From Alphaproteobacteria bacterium (GTDB lineage: Bacteria; Pseudomonadota; Alphaproteobacteria; Rs-D84): a stretch of 34,822 bases of DNA. Below, one piece after another: positions 16,203-25,712 of the stretch (positions are counted from its first letter, which is position 1; each line of letters begins with the position of its first letter). The DNA lies in contig JAEEQU010000001.1 of the NCBI GenBank assembly GCA_016285415.1, forward strand, positions 1 to 34,822. The letters are read 5' to 3'. The position numbers and the translations under genes were made by a program. The notes under the pieces were generated by a model, which saw nothing but the letters and a program-made list of their open reading frames with translations, was not told where the DNA came from and ran no database searches.

Positions 16203-16904
16203 ATGAAACGTAACCTGTGGTTTTGGCTTTATTTTATTGTGGCTATATTGCTTGCAATATACTTTGCAACACGAATCATTATGACATTTATGGGATATGG
16301 CCCAATTGCCAAGGTTAAAAATATACATATTTCTGCCGATACAGAAACCCAGGATTTAACCGCAATTGCGGCCGCAACGGGAATTTCATCGGGAACAAAT
16401 ACACATTCGGTCAATCTTGAATTGGTAAATGCACGATTGCTTACAACACCATGGGTTCGCGAATCGGCGGTTCGGCGATTACCGAACGGAAATTTATCTG
16501 TAAAAATACACCTTTATCGTGCGGTTGCGGCATTGAACGAAGGTAATTATTATTACCCACTTTCCGCCGATGGCAAAAAAATTCAAAAGCCATCCGAAGA
16601 CAAGGCACCGGGAACTGTTGTTTTTCGCGGAAATGTTCCAAAAGATATTGGTGATATAACCAAGGCGGCAACGAATCTTATCAAAGACCTTGATTATCTT
16701 GAATTCATAGATAACCGCCGGTGGAATCTTGTTACAAACGGGGGCATTACGGTAATGTTGCCAGAAAAGGAAATTTCAGATAAAAACAAAGATCCAATCG
16801 CAGCAATCGCGTCTTTGGTGGTGTTGAATAATAAATACAATATTTTAAAGAAAGATATCAAAGTAATAGATATGCGGGATACCGCACGGATTTTGATAAA
16901 ATGA
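16203..16904 (+). CDS. ftsQ: Cell division protein FtsQ
   Basis: N-terminal TM helix, a POTRA-like region with LLTTPWVRESAVRRLPNGNLSVKI, and an ATGA overlap with ftsA. Confidence 0.85.
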   Translation: MKRNLWFWLYFIVAILLAIYFATRIIMTFMGYGPIAKVKNIHISADTETQDLTAIAAATGISSGTNTHSVNLELVNARLLTTPWVRESAVRRLPNGNLSVKIHLYRAVAALNEGNYYYPLSADGKKIQKPSEDKAPGTVVFRGNVPKDIGDITKAATNLIKDLDYLEFIDNRRWNLVTNGGITVMLPEKEISDKNKDPIAAIASLVVLNNKYNILKKDIKVIDMRDTARILIK

Positions 16905-18673
16905 ATATGATAGATTCGGCATTTTTATGTCTTGATATTGGCACATGTGGTGTCCGTGGAATTGCGCACCGCGTACGTAATGCAACCATTGACCGCAGCG
17001 CATATTATTCCATAGATAATTTTGATACGGTTTTTGCATTAAAATCTGTTATTGATGAATTGGAACAAAAAATCGGCATGCGATTTGATAATGCATATAT
17101 AACTGGGAATTTTGGACCATCATTATTTAAACTATCACCACAAAATACGGTATGGCAAAACGAACATAAAATTACACCTGGGGATATAAAATCCCAGATT
17201 GGTAAAATTGATATTCCAGACGGTTTTTATTCAATGCATATTATACCGTTGCGTTATGATACACCAAAAATACGGAATATGTTATCACCTATTGGCCACA
17301 CCGACAGACAGTTAGTATCCGCATTTTCCGCGTTATGTTATGACAGTGAATATATGAGCAAGATTCAAGAATTGTTACGACATGCACATATTCAACCCGC
17401 CGCATTTTATGCCCCACACTTTCTATTACACAGCGCATTTCATGATGTCAAAGAACCAATGATGTTTATTGATATGGGTGCCGAAAATACGACTGTATCC
17501 ATTTGGACCCCACGCGGTTTGGTATGGTACGATGCGCCTGCAATTGGCGGAAATGATTTAACCAGCACAATATCTACGAACCTGGCAATATCATTTTCTG
17601 AATCCGAACGCATAAAACGCAATGTTGCAAACCTTAAATCAAATGATATGGCACGGTTTAGCCCGGCGGACAGCGCATACGCATTTTCCTGTGCGGATGT
17701 TAATGATATTGTAATTCCATTTTACACTGATTTAATTCAACAAATAAAAACAGACGTCACACCACAAATTGAAAAGTATAAACCAACACGAATTATTTTG
17801 ACTGGTGGTGGCGCAAATATTGATGGTTTGGTTGATATGTTGTCGGATGCATTTGACTTGCCAATAAATGTTGGAACCCAAGATGTTGTCGTGCGTGCAT
17901 TGGCCGACTATATATGGCATATCCAAGAACCGCACCGCAAGAAATACTTGGCGCGCATCGCCCGTATTCAACGCTTTACCGATAAATTATCCAATATTTT
18001 CCATATTAAAAAGCGCAAACAAAAACAAAAAATTGTTCCAATTATGCCAAGCACTTTGTGCTTTGATATGAAGGTTCCCGAAACATATACAATGTTTAAA
18101 TCTGCGGGAATAAATGCAATTCATGTTGATATAATGGATGGTCTGTATGTTGATACCATTGCTGGCGGCCTTGATGAATTGCGTCAAATTCGCGCATCAT
18201 GGGATGGGCATCTGCATGTTCATTTAATGACCGAGGCACCAACCGAATGGGCACGTGGCACAATTGATGCCGGTGCCGACACAATCATACTGTCCACTAA
18301 TACGGCGGGGCTTCGCGTTGCAGTTCAAAATGTGCGTGCGGCCAAGCGACGCGTTGGCATTGCCCTTAATCCCGATTCGCCGATATCATTATTAAAAACC
18401 ATTTTACGTGATTTGGACGAAGTAATGATTATGGCGGTTCAGCCCGGCGCGGCGGGCCAGAAATTTGATGCAAGTGTTTTAAAGAAAATAACCGCACTTG
18501 CCGCAACACGTAAAAAATATGGATTAAAGTTTGTAATATCTGTTGATGGTGGAATTACCGATGATGTTGCAAAACTATGCTGGAACGCGGGCGCCGATGT
18601 TTTGGTCAGTGGTTCATACCTTGGCAAAGCAACTGATTTTCCATTGGCGGTTCAATCATTATTAAAAAAATAA
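16901..18673 (+). CDS. ftsA: FtsA (residues ~1-370) fused in frame to a ribulose-phosphate 3-epimerase domain (residues ~382-590)
   Basis: FtsA motifs: LCLDIGTCGVRG, HIIPLRYD, FIDMGAENTTVSIW, GGNDLTST, IILTGGGANIDGL. Rpe motifs: MPSTLCFDM, HVDIMDG, HVHLMT, MAVQPGAAGQ, SVDGG, VSGS. There is no stop codon between the two halves, and I see no SD before the internal ATG at 18044. Confidence 0.8.
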   Translation: MNMIDSAFLCLDIGTCGVRGIAHRVRNATIDRSAYYSIDNFDTVFALKSVIDELEQKIGMRFDNAYITGNFGPSLFKLSPQNTVWQNEHKITPGDIKSQIGKIDIPDGFYSMHIIPLRYDTPKIRNMLSPIGHTDRQLVSAFSALCYDSEYMSKIQELLRHAHIQPAAFYAPHFLLHSAFHDVKEPMMFIDMGAENTTVSIWTPRGLVWYDAPAIGGNDLTSTISTNLAISFSESERIKRNVANLKSNDMARFSPADSAYAFSCADVNDIVIPFYTDLIQQIKTDVTPQIEKYKPTRIILTGGGANIDGLVDMLSDAFDLPINVGTQDVVVRALADYIWHIQEPHRKKYLARIARIQRFTDKLSNIFHIKKRKQKQKIVPIMPSTLCFDMKVPETYTMFKSAGINAIHVDIMDGLYVDTIAGGLDELRQIRASWDGHLHVHLMTEAPTEWARGTIDAGADTIILSTNTAGLRVAVQNVRAAKRRVGIALNPDSPISLLKTILRDLDEVMIMAVQPGAAGQKFDASVLKKITALAATRKKYGLKFVISVDGGITDDVAKLCWNAGADVLVSGSYLGKATDFPLAVQSLLKK

Positions 18674-18675
18674 TT

Positions 18676-19086
18676 TTACCTAATTGTTATTTTTCGACCG
18701 TCATCTAATTCAGTAATATCAATATGTACCGTATCAGCGGGCAACATATCAGATGCGATATCTGGCCATTCAATCAGTGTTATATCATTTTGCACCGCAT
18801 GCCCAAGGCCAATTTCAACCAATTCTGCGACATCTGATATTCTATATAAATCAAAATGTGAGATTTTTGTTTTTCCCGCAATATATGTTTGAACCAGTGT
18901 AAATGTCGGACTTGGCACAACCGTATCCGCGCCACAAAGCGTTTGAATTATTGTTCGTGCAATTTCAGATTTTCCAACACCCAAATCCCCATGCAATGCG
19001 ACCGTCATCGGCTGGTGCAGAGTTTTTGCAAATTCACGCGCCCAGTTTCTTGTCTCGTCAATATTTTTTGTTATAAATGTTTTCAT
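18676..19086 (-). CDS. tsaE: tRNA t6A37 biosynthesis ATPase TsaE
   Basis: GDLGVGKS P-loop, SPTFTLV, HFDLYR. 136 aa. Confidence 0.9.
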   Translation of the reverse strand: MKTFITKNIDETRNWAREFAKTLHQPMTVALHGDLGVGKSEIARTIIQTLCGADTVVPSPTFTLVQTYIAGKTKISHFDLYRISDVAELVEIGLGHAVQNDITLIEWPDIASDMLPADTVHIDITELDDGRKITIR

Positions 19087-19092
19087 ATTTGC

Positions 19093-21081
19093 CTACTCCA
19101 ATAATAACAAATCATCTTCCATTTTGTGAATTGTATCACGAATTTCGGCCGCCGTTTCAAAATCAAGATTCTCGGCCGCCTTGTGCATTTTTTGTGTAAG
19201 TTTTTTGATTTCTTTGCGCATCGTTTCCGCGTCCCAAACACCTTCTTTACTATACAAAAACTTATGCTTTTTATCTGTTTTTTCTTCTTTTTCTTTGACT
19301 TCGTCAAATACGGCCTTGGATATTGTTTTTGGTGTTATACCATGTTCGGTATTATACGCCATTTGTTTTTCACGACGCCGCGCTGTCTCGGAAAGCGCCG
19401 CATTCATAGAATCTGTCATAACATCCGCATACAATATTACACGGCCATTTGCATTTCTTGCCGCCCGCCCAATTGTCTGAATCAGCGACCGCGTTGAACG
19501 CAAGAATCCTTCTTTATCGGCATCCATTATTGCGACCAATTCACATTCGGGAACATCCAATCCTTCGCGCAATAGGTTTATTCCAACCAATACATCAAAT
19601 TTTCCCATACGCAAATCACGTAACAAATCTATACGTTCCAATGTTTCAATATCGCTATGCAAATACCGCGCCCGAACACCATTTTCAACAAAGTAATCGG
19701 TTAATTGTTCCGCCATTTTTTTTGTAAGCGTGGTAACCAACACCCTGCCCTTTATCGCCTTAACCTCTGCCAATAAATCATCAACCTGATTTTTAATTGG
19801 TCGCACAATACATTCTGGATCCAACAGCCCCGTTGGGCGAATAACCTGCTCTGCCACAATTCCACATGATTGTTTCATTTCCCATTCTGCAGGTGTCGCA
19901 GATACAAATATAGTTTGTGGACGCATTGCATCCCATTCATCAAATGTAAGCGGACGATTATCTATGCACGATGGCAACCGGAATCCATATTGCGCCAGTG
20001 TTTCTTTACGCGCCCTGTCCCCACGTGACATTGCTGATATTTGCGGAACCGTTACATGACTTTCGTCTATGAATAAAATCGCATCTTTTGGCAGATACTC
20101 AAACAATGTCGGTGGCGGTTGCCCCGGTGCACGCCCCGATAGATACCGCGAATAATTTTCAATACCGCGACAGGTTCCGGTATTTTCCATCATTTCTATA
20201 TCCATATTTACACGTTCACGCAAGCGCTGTTCTTCTATATATTTCATATTCTCGTGAAAATATTGCAATCTTTCGTTCAAGTCACTGCGTATTTGTCCAA
20301 TCGCCTGAACCACCGATGGCATCGGCGTTGCATAGTGTGTGTTTGGGTACACAACCGCACGGTCAATTTTGAAAAGTTTTGCCCCCGTTAGTGTATCAAA
20401 TTCCCAAATTTCTTCTATTTCATCACCCCAAAACGAAAGTTTCCATGCACGATCCTGACTGTGTGATGGGAATATATCAAGCGTATCACCGCGTACACGA
20501 AAGCATCCACGTTCAAATGCAACATCATTTCGTTTATATTGAATATTAACCAATTCGCGCATAACATCTTCACGACCAATCATATCCCCAACTTTTAATG
20601 CCAATTTCATTTCCGAATATTGTTCTGGGGTCCCAAGTCCATAAATAGATGACACCGATGACACCACAATAACGTCGCGTTCTTCTAACATTGCACGCGT
20701 TGCGCTGTGCCGCATACGGTCCAATTGGTCGTTTATAGATGCATCTTTATCAATATAAGTATCGGTTGTTGGAACATATGCTTCGGGTTGATAGTAATCA
20801 TAATATGACACAAAATATTCAACATGATTATGCGGAAAAAACGACTTCATTTCCGTATACAGTTGCGCCGCCAATATTTTATTTGGCGCCATCAACAATG
20901 CCGGTCGCCCAAGTTCCGCAATAACATTTGCCATTGTAAACGTCTTGCCCGAACCGGTTACCCCAAGCAACACCTGGGACCGACGACCATCTTTGATTCC
21001 ATTAACCAAATCAGATATGGCGGCCGGTTGGTCGCCCATGGGTTTATAATCACTTTCAAGATTAAAAATTTTTTTGTTCAC
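19093..21081 (-). CDS. uvrB: Excinuclease ABC subunit B
   Basis: The N-terminus F.L.S.YKP.GDQPAAI aligns with E. coli UvrB. Also GVTGSGKT, DESH, helicase motifs and the C-terminal UVR domain. It starts with GTG. Confidence 0.95.
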   Translation of the reverse strand: MNKKIFNLESDYKPMGDQPAAISDLVNGIKDGRRSQVLLGVTGSGKTFTMANVIAELGRPALLMAPNKILAAQLYTEMKSFFPHNHVEYFVSYYDYYQPEAYVPTTDTYIDKDASINDQLDRMRHSATRAMLEERDVIVVSSVSSIYGLGTPEQYSEMKLALKVGDMIGREDVMRELVNIQYKRNDVAFERGCFRVRGDTLDIFPSHSQDRAWKLSFWGDEIEEIWEFDTLTGAKLFKIDRAVVYPNTHYATPMPSVVQAIGQIRSDLNERLQYFHENMKYIEEQRLRERVNMDIEMMENTGTCRGIENYSRYLSGRAPGQPPPTLFEYLPKDAILFIDESHVTVPQISAMSRGDRARKETLAQYGFRLPSCIDNRPLTFDEWDAMRPQTIFVSATPAEWEMKQSCGIVAEQVIRPTGLLDPECIVRPIKNQVDDLLAEVKAIKGRVLVTTLTKKMAEQLTDYFVENGVRARYLHSDIETLERIDLLRDLRMGKFDVLVGINLLREGLDVPECELVAIMDADKEGFLRSTRSLIQTIGRAARNANGRVILYADVMTDSMNAALSETARRREKQMAYNTEHGITPKTISKAVFDEVKEKEEKTDKKHKFLYSKEGVWDAETMRKEIKKLTQKMHKAAENLDFETAAEIRDTIHKMEDDLLLLE

Positions 21082-21128
21082 ATTATAGAGTATAATCCAT
21101 TATAATTAAAAAACAAGAGGATGAGAGG

Positions 21129-23606
21129 ATGGCTATTAAACCACATCATAAACATAGAATTATTTGGGCAATACTTATTTTTATTGCTGTTATATTTATT
21201 GGGTTATTAATACTGCCTGCATGTATAAACTTGAACAAAATGCGCGACCGTTTGCAAGAGGCTATTTATACACAAACGGGGGTGGTAACAGATATCAAGG
21301 GTGATATAACATTTGGTATTTTTGGTCATCTGACTCTTGTCGCGCACGAGGTTGATACCCTGCACGGTCACACAAGAAAACTTGCTGTAAAAATACCATT
21401 TTCTGGATTGTTTGACCCTTTTAATACAGACCTTAATGGCGAAATTACCGCGACTGGTGCCGACATAACCCTTACAACACTGGAAACATTAAACCTTAAA
21501 TACGACATGATTGTTCACGATTCTGTTATACGATTCATGAACAAGGATTATTACATCATAGATGGGGTATTTAAGGGTGGAACCTTTAACGGTCTCGTTC
21601 GTACTGGCCAGCATAAATATGACATACGATTTAATGCCAAAGAATTCACAATTAAAAATAAAAACGTAGATTTGAATATTCACGGTGAATTATATCCATC
21701 CGGTGCAGCCAGTGGAACCATGGAAATATCCACAACAAAGATAAATTCTTGGTTTGAATTTGATGAGCCAAAATTAACAAGACGTGTCACGCTTTCCACT
21801 AATTTTTGGTGGGATGGGGGATACGGTTTTCGCTTTTTTGATATGACCGCTAATAGTGTTCATGGAAACATAGACCTTGATCCAACTGGCTGGACAACAA
21901 TAAATTTATTTTCGGACGATACTGATTTTGATTTTTCTTTTTTGGCACATCCCACAAGTCTACTTAAAGACACACGTATGAACGTAGATTTTTCTGGAAA
22001 TTTAAAATTTGAAAATCGGGATTTGAATCATGTCAAACTTGATATCGTTGGCACCGAACAATATATTCAGGTAAATAAAGTTGTCGCCGACGAAACAACC
22101 TTTACTGGTGGCACCGTAGATAAAAATGGTGCACACGAAGTCATGATAAAAACAATTATTGACGGCACCCCTGTTCAATGTATGTTTTCTGGCACCCTAG
22201 ATAAATGGGAATGCCAAAAATTTAAATATGGAATACTTAGCGGGACAATAAAGTCCGATAAAAAATCTGTCACCGCAACCATTTCATCAAATTCAAGTAT
22301 CACGCTTGCGGAACTTGGTGATTACACGTCACGCCTTGGCAACAAGAATTTAAATATCAAATTCAAATTTGCAAATATGGGCGGTCGGTTAATTTCTGAT
22401 AAACGCGGAACAAGTATACAATACGATTATGTATATGGTCAAAATCTGCGCTGGGCGAACCCACACATAAAATTACTGCCTGAATTTATGATGCAAGATG
22501 TAGGCAATATTATATGGACAAATAAAACAATGTCGTTCATCCCAAATTCTAATGAATGGTCATTAACCTTGCAAGATAACTTCTTTTATTTGACTGGCGA
22601 CAGTATAAAAAAATGGTTTCCAAAATTTGATTTACGCGCAGTAAATGATTTTGCATATGTTGCATCTGGATTTTATAATGACAAAGGCGACATTTCTGAT
22701 TTAACGGTAAAAATTGGTGGTCATGTATTCACCGGCAGTTCAAATGCAAAATCTATAACATTGCACACCGATAATTTAACACTTGATACTTTCTTAAATA
22801 AAAATTTCTTTGACCACTATGAAGAAATGGAATTTTTGGCGAATGCCCCCATACTTATTCCATTTGATTTTAACCGCAATATATACATTAGTGCCGACAC
22901 ATTATCATACGATCAATATACCTACAAGAACTTTGTCTATGCGTTGAAATCAGGCACACAGACATTTTCTATTACCGATAGTTCACGTGGCAATTTATTG
23001 GCAACAATCATACGTGAACATTCTGACTATGATATATTCTTGCAGTTAAATCGTTTCGTTATAAATGGCGAATTATTAACCAAAAGTTTCCCATTAAATA
23101 TATCTGACACAATGATAACTGCAGAAATGCAATTACACACATCTGGTCATATCGCACACGACATTTGGTACAATATGGCAGGTGACATGGATTTAACATT
23201 TGAAGGTGGATATTTGGACGGCATTGGATTAGATGAATTTTATGCAAACGCCACGAACCTATCACGACTTAATGTAGAAGATTATATAATACGCGCACTG
23301 GAAAGTGGCGATACCAGAATTAAAAATATGCGCGTCATTGGAAAATATGAACATGGCAATTTTGAAACCACAACACCATTTACAATTTCTGTTCGCCACG
23401 CAGATATTATTGGCGCATTAAATATTACCGATAATTTAATGACCAGCCAATTAAGTATATCTATGCGCGCAACTGCGCCAGACCCTGTTACTGTATCTGT
23501 TGCAATTGCACCAAATAATTCTCGCAGTTATTCCCTTGGCGAAATCACACAATATTTTGACCCGCCATTTATGCGTGAATTTATTAAAACACATGATAAG
23601 TTTTAA
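21129..23606 (+). CDS. AsmA-family outer-membrane biogenesis protein-like
   Basis: N-terminal anchor helix followed by an AsmA-like start (LQEAIYTQTGVVTDIKGDITFGIFGHLTLVAHEV). It is 825 aa and looks beta-rich. The assignment rests on architecture only. Confidence 0.55.
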   Translation: MAIKPHHKHRIIWAILIFIAVIFIGLLILPACINLNKMRDRLQEAIYTQTGVVTDIKGDITFGIFGHLTLVAHEVDTLHGHTRKLAVKIPFSGLFDPFNTDLNGEITATGADITLTTLETLNLKYDMIVHDSVIRFMNKDYYIIDGVFKGGTFNGLVRTGQHKYDIRFNAKEFTIKNKNVDLNIHGELYPSGAASGTMEISTTKINSWFEFDEPKLTRRVTLSTNFWWDGGYGFRFFDMTANSVHGNIDLDPTGWTTINLFSDDTDFDFSFLAHPTSLLKDTRMNVDFSGNLKFENRDLNHVKLDIVGTEQYIQVNKVVADETTFTGGTVDKNGAHEVMIKTIIDGTPVQCMFSGTLDKWECQKFKYGILSGTIKSDKKSVTATISSNSSITLAELGDYTSRLGNKNLNIKFKFANMGGRLISDKRGTSIQYDYVYGQNLRWANPHIKLLPEFMMQDVGNIIWTNKTMSFIPNSNEWSLTLQDNFFYLTGDSIKKWFPKFDLRAVNDFAYVASGFYNDKGDISDLTVKIGGHVFTGSSNAKSITLHTDNLTLDTFLNKNFFDHYEEMEFLANAPILIPFDFNRNIYISADTLSYDQYTYKNFVYALKSGTQTFSITDSSRGNLLATIIREHSDYDIFLQLNRFVINGELLTKSFPLNISDTMITAEMQLHTSGHIAHDIWYNMAGDMDLTFEGGYLDGIGLDEFYANATNLSRLNVEDYIIRALESGDTRIKNMRVIGKYEHGNFETTTPFTISVRHADIIGALNITDNLMTSQLSISMRATAPDPVTVSVAIAPNNSRSYSLGEITQYFDPPFMREFIKTHDKF

Positions 23607-23607
23607 A

Positions 23608-23638
23608 CAAAAACCGCCCAAAATATTGGGCGGTTTTA
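23608..23638. terminator. Bidirectional intrinsic terminator between the asmA-like gene and aspS
   Basis: AAAAA-CCGCCCA-aaatat-TGGGCGG-TTTT. Confidence 0.8.
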
Positions 23639-23658
23639 TATAAGTATAAGGTCATTAT

Positions 23659-25428
23659 TTAGTTCTTTTTACGAACCTGAATATGAACATCACGCAGTTG
23701 CTGTTCGGTAACCTCGTTCGGTGACCCCATCAGCAAGTCCTGACCACGTTGGTTCGCGGGGAACGCAACGATTTCACGCAAACTGTCACCATTGCCCAAT
23801 ATTTCCGAAACCACGCGTTCAATACCAAATGCACAACCGCCGTGTGGTGGCGCACCATATTGGAACGACGTGTACAGACCCGAGAAGTTCTTTTCCACCG
23901 CTTCTATTGGGTATCCCGCAATTTCAAAGCATTTTTTCATAACTTCTGGGTTATAATTACGCAAACCGCCACTGCAGATTTCAATACCGTTTAATACCAT
24001 ATCAAACTGCGCTGCCTTAATCGTAAATGGATCACGCGTAGACAGTTCTTCCAATGTCGCCAACGGATACGAGAACGGGTTATGTGTGAACATTGGCGCG
24101 CCACCACGTTCTTCATCGGGTTCAAAGAACGGGAAATTATCAACCCAACAGAACGCAAAATCACGCGGTTTAACCAATCCCAAATCCGCACCCAATTTAT
24201 TACGCAATTTACCCGCCGCCTTGGACGCGGTGTCTACATTATCACAGATAAAGAACAATGATGCATTGTCACCGGCAATTTCGTGCAATTTTGCAATGCG
24301 TTCTGCATCCAATTTTTTGGCAACTGGTCCTTTGGCTTCATCCGCGAAAACAATATACCCAAGTCCGCCCAGTCCCAGTTCTTTAACCGCATATTCACCA
24401 AGTTTATCAAACCATGAACGCGGTTTGTCCGCACTGTTTGGTGCCGGAATTGCACGCACAACCGAACCATTTTCAACTGCACTTGCAAAGATTCCAAAAT
24501 CAGATCCGCGGAATATTTCGGTTACATCGCTAATCAAAATTGGATTACGCAAATCTGGTTTATCAGATCCATATTTCAACATTGCATCATCAAATGAAAT
24601 ATGTGGAATTTCAGGATATACATTTGCATCTGGGGCAAATGTTTTCACCATTTCTGGAATAACCGCTTCGCCGACCGCCTGAATATCTGGCAAATCAACA
24701 AACGACATTTCCAAGTCCAATTGATAAAATTCCAACAACCGATCCGCACGCAAATCTTCGTCACGAAAACATGGTGCGATTTGGAAATAGCGATCAAACC
24801 CGGCCACCTGTAATAACTGTTTAAACATTTGTGGGGCCTGGGGCAATGCATAGAATTTTCCATGATGCAAACGCGATGGCACCAAGAAACTGCGCGCACC
24901 TTCGGGTGAATCCGCGGTAAGCAATGGTGTCTGGAATTCCGAAAATCCCAAATCCCACATTTTATCGCGCAACCATTTCATCATTTTATTACGCATCAAA
25001 ATATTGTAATGCAATTTTTCACGACGCAAATCCAAGAATCTGAATTTATAGCGCAATTCTTCACTGGTGTCATCATCGCCAAATACCTGGAAAGGTAAAA
25101 CTTCGGCAGATGTTAAAACATCCCATTTTTCAACACTTATTTCAATTTCACCGGTTGGAATTTTTTCGTTTATTTGGGACGCATCACGCGCAACAACCTT
25201 ACCAACAACCTGCAGAACAGATTCTGGACGCACGCGTTCCAAATCGTCGTTTCCACCGTCAATAACAATCTGGGTAATTCCGTAATTATCGCGCAAGTCA
25301 ATAAACAACAACGACCCATGGTCACGTTTACGATGCACCCATCCCGACAGGGTTACAGTTTCACCAACATTTTTCGCGGTCAGTTCCCCGCAAGTATGTG
25401 TTCTATACTTTGATTTCAGTGATAACAT
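23659..25428 (-). CDS. aspS: Aspartyl-tRNA synthetase (bacterial type)
   Basis: 589 aa with an OB-fold N-terminus, class II motifs (FRDEDLRADR, GGLRNY, GFGIERV-like CAFGIERV) and the bacterial insertion domain. Confidence 0.95.
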   Translation of the reverse strand: MLSLKSKYRTHTCGELTAKNVGETVTLSGWVHRKRDHGSLLFIDLRDNYGITQIVIDGGNDDLERVRPESVLQVVGKVVARDASQINEKIPTGEIEISVEKWDVLTSAEVLPFQVFGDDDTSEELRYKFRFLDLRREKLHYNILMRNKMMKWLRDKMWDLGFSEFQTPLLTADSPEGARSFLVPSRLHHGKFYALPQAPQMFKQLLQVAGFDRYFQIAPCFRDEDLRADRLLEFYQLDLEMSFVDLPDIQAVGEAVIPEMVKTFAPDANVYPEIPHISFDDAMLKYGSDKPDLRNPILISDVTEIFRGSDFGIFASAVENGSVVRAIPAPNSADKPRSWFDKLGEYAVKELGLGGLGYIVFADEAKGPVAKKLDAERIAKLHEIAGDNASLFFICDNVDTASKAAGKLRNKLGADLGLVKPRDFAFCWVDNFPFFEPDEERGGAPMFTHNPFSYPLATLEELSTRDPFTIKAAQFDMVLNGIEICSGGLRNYNPEVMKKCFEIAGYPIEAVEKNFSGLYTSFQYGAPPHGGCAFGIERVVSEILGNGDSLREIVAFPANQRGQDLLMGSPNEVTEQQLRDVHIQVRKKN

Positions 25429-25615
25429 TTTTTCGCCTTTTCTCTTTGGGCGACAAAAACAGATTGGTCTTTGGCACCCATTTGGTTAAACATATTTCGG
25501 GGCGCATAAAATCAGCTATGCGCGGTGCCACCCGAATTTATCACTTTTTTGCTTTTGGATTTGGCTCCGTGGTTGTTGGTCACATCAACGCCGCCACCAA
25601 TAAACTGTTTGAGAT
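25429..25615 (-). promoter_or_regulatory. T-box-like leader RNA of aspS
   Basis: On the minus strand, GGGUGGCACCGCG (25533-25521) matches the T-box core GGGUGGNACCGCG exactly. The fold is CGGG / bulge UGGCACC / GCGCAUA-loop-UAUGCGC / CCCG (25534-25498). An upstream hairpin loop exposes GAU and GAC. Confidence 0.65.
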
Positions 25616-25644
25616 ATTTTATAACGATTTTTTTCAATTTGCAA
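25616..25644 (-). promoter_or_regulatory. Sigma70-like promoter of the aspS leader
   Basis: Minus strand: TTGCAA (25644-25639), 17 nt, TAAAAT (25621-25616). Confidence 0.5.
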
Positions 25645-25685
25645 GGTTATTGTAATTTTACGCCCTGCCCCGCAATTTTGCGCAT

Positions 25686-25711
25686 AAAAAAACCGGCATG
25701 CGCCGGTTTTT
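25686..25711 (-). terminator. Intrinsic terminator after the DUF805 gene
   Basis: AAAAAAA-CCGGC-atgc-GCCGG-TTTTT immediately after the stop at 25713. Confidence 0.75.
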
Positions 25712-25712
25712 A

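Noticed and set aside
19083-19307. A 74-aa Lys-rich ORF at the uvrB/tsaE junction.
   Set aside because: It overlaps the conserved C-terminal UVR domain of uvrB in another frame. The poly-Lys comes from an A-run and is not credible as a gene.
21061-21128. Searched the 47-nt uvrB/asmA-like divergent region for an alphaproteobacterial SOS box (GTTC-N7-GTTC or GAAC-N7-GAAC).
   Set aside because: Only a single GTTC, part of the uvrB GTG-AAC start, is present and no second half-site lies at the right spacing. The region holds only two TATAAT-like hexamers.
24086-24682. A 198-aa plus-strand ORF, the longest unexplained ORF in the track.
   Set aside because: It lies entirely antisense within aspS, whose product is unmistakable. 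Its Ser/Pro/Ala-rich low-complexity translation is typical of the opposite strand of a relatively GC-rich gene, and it has no RBS.
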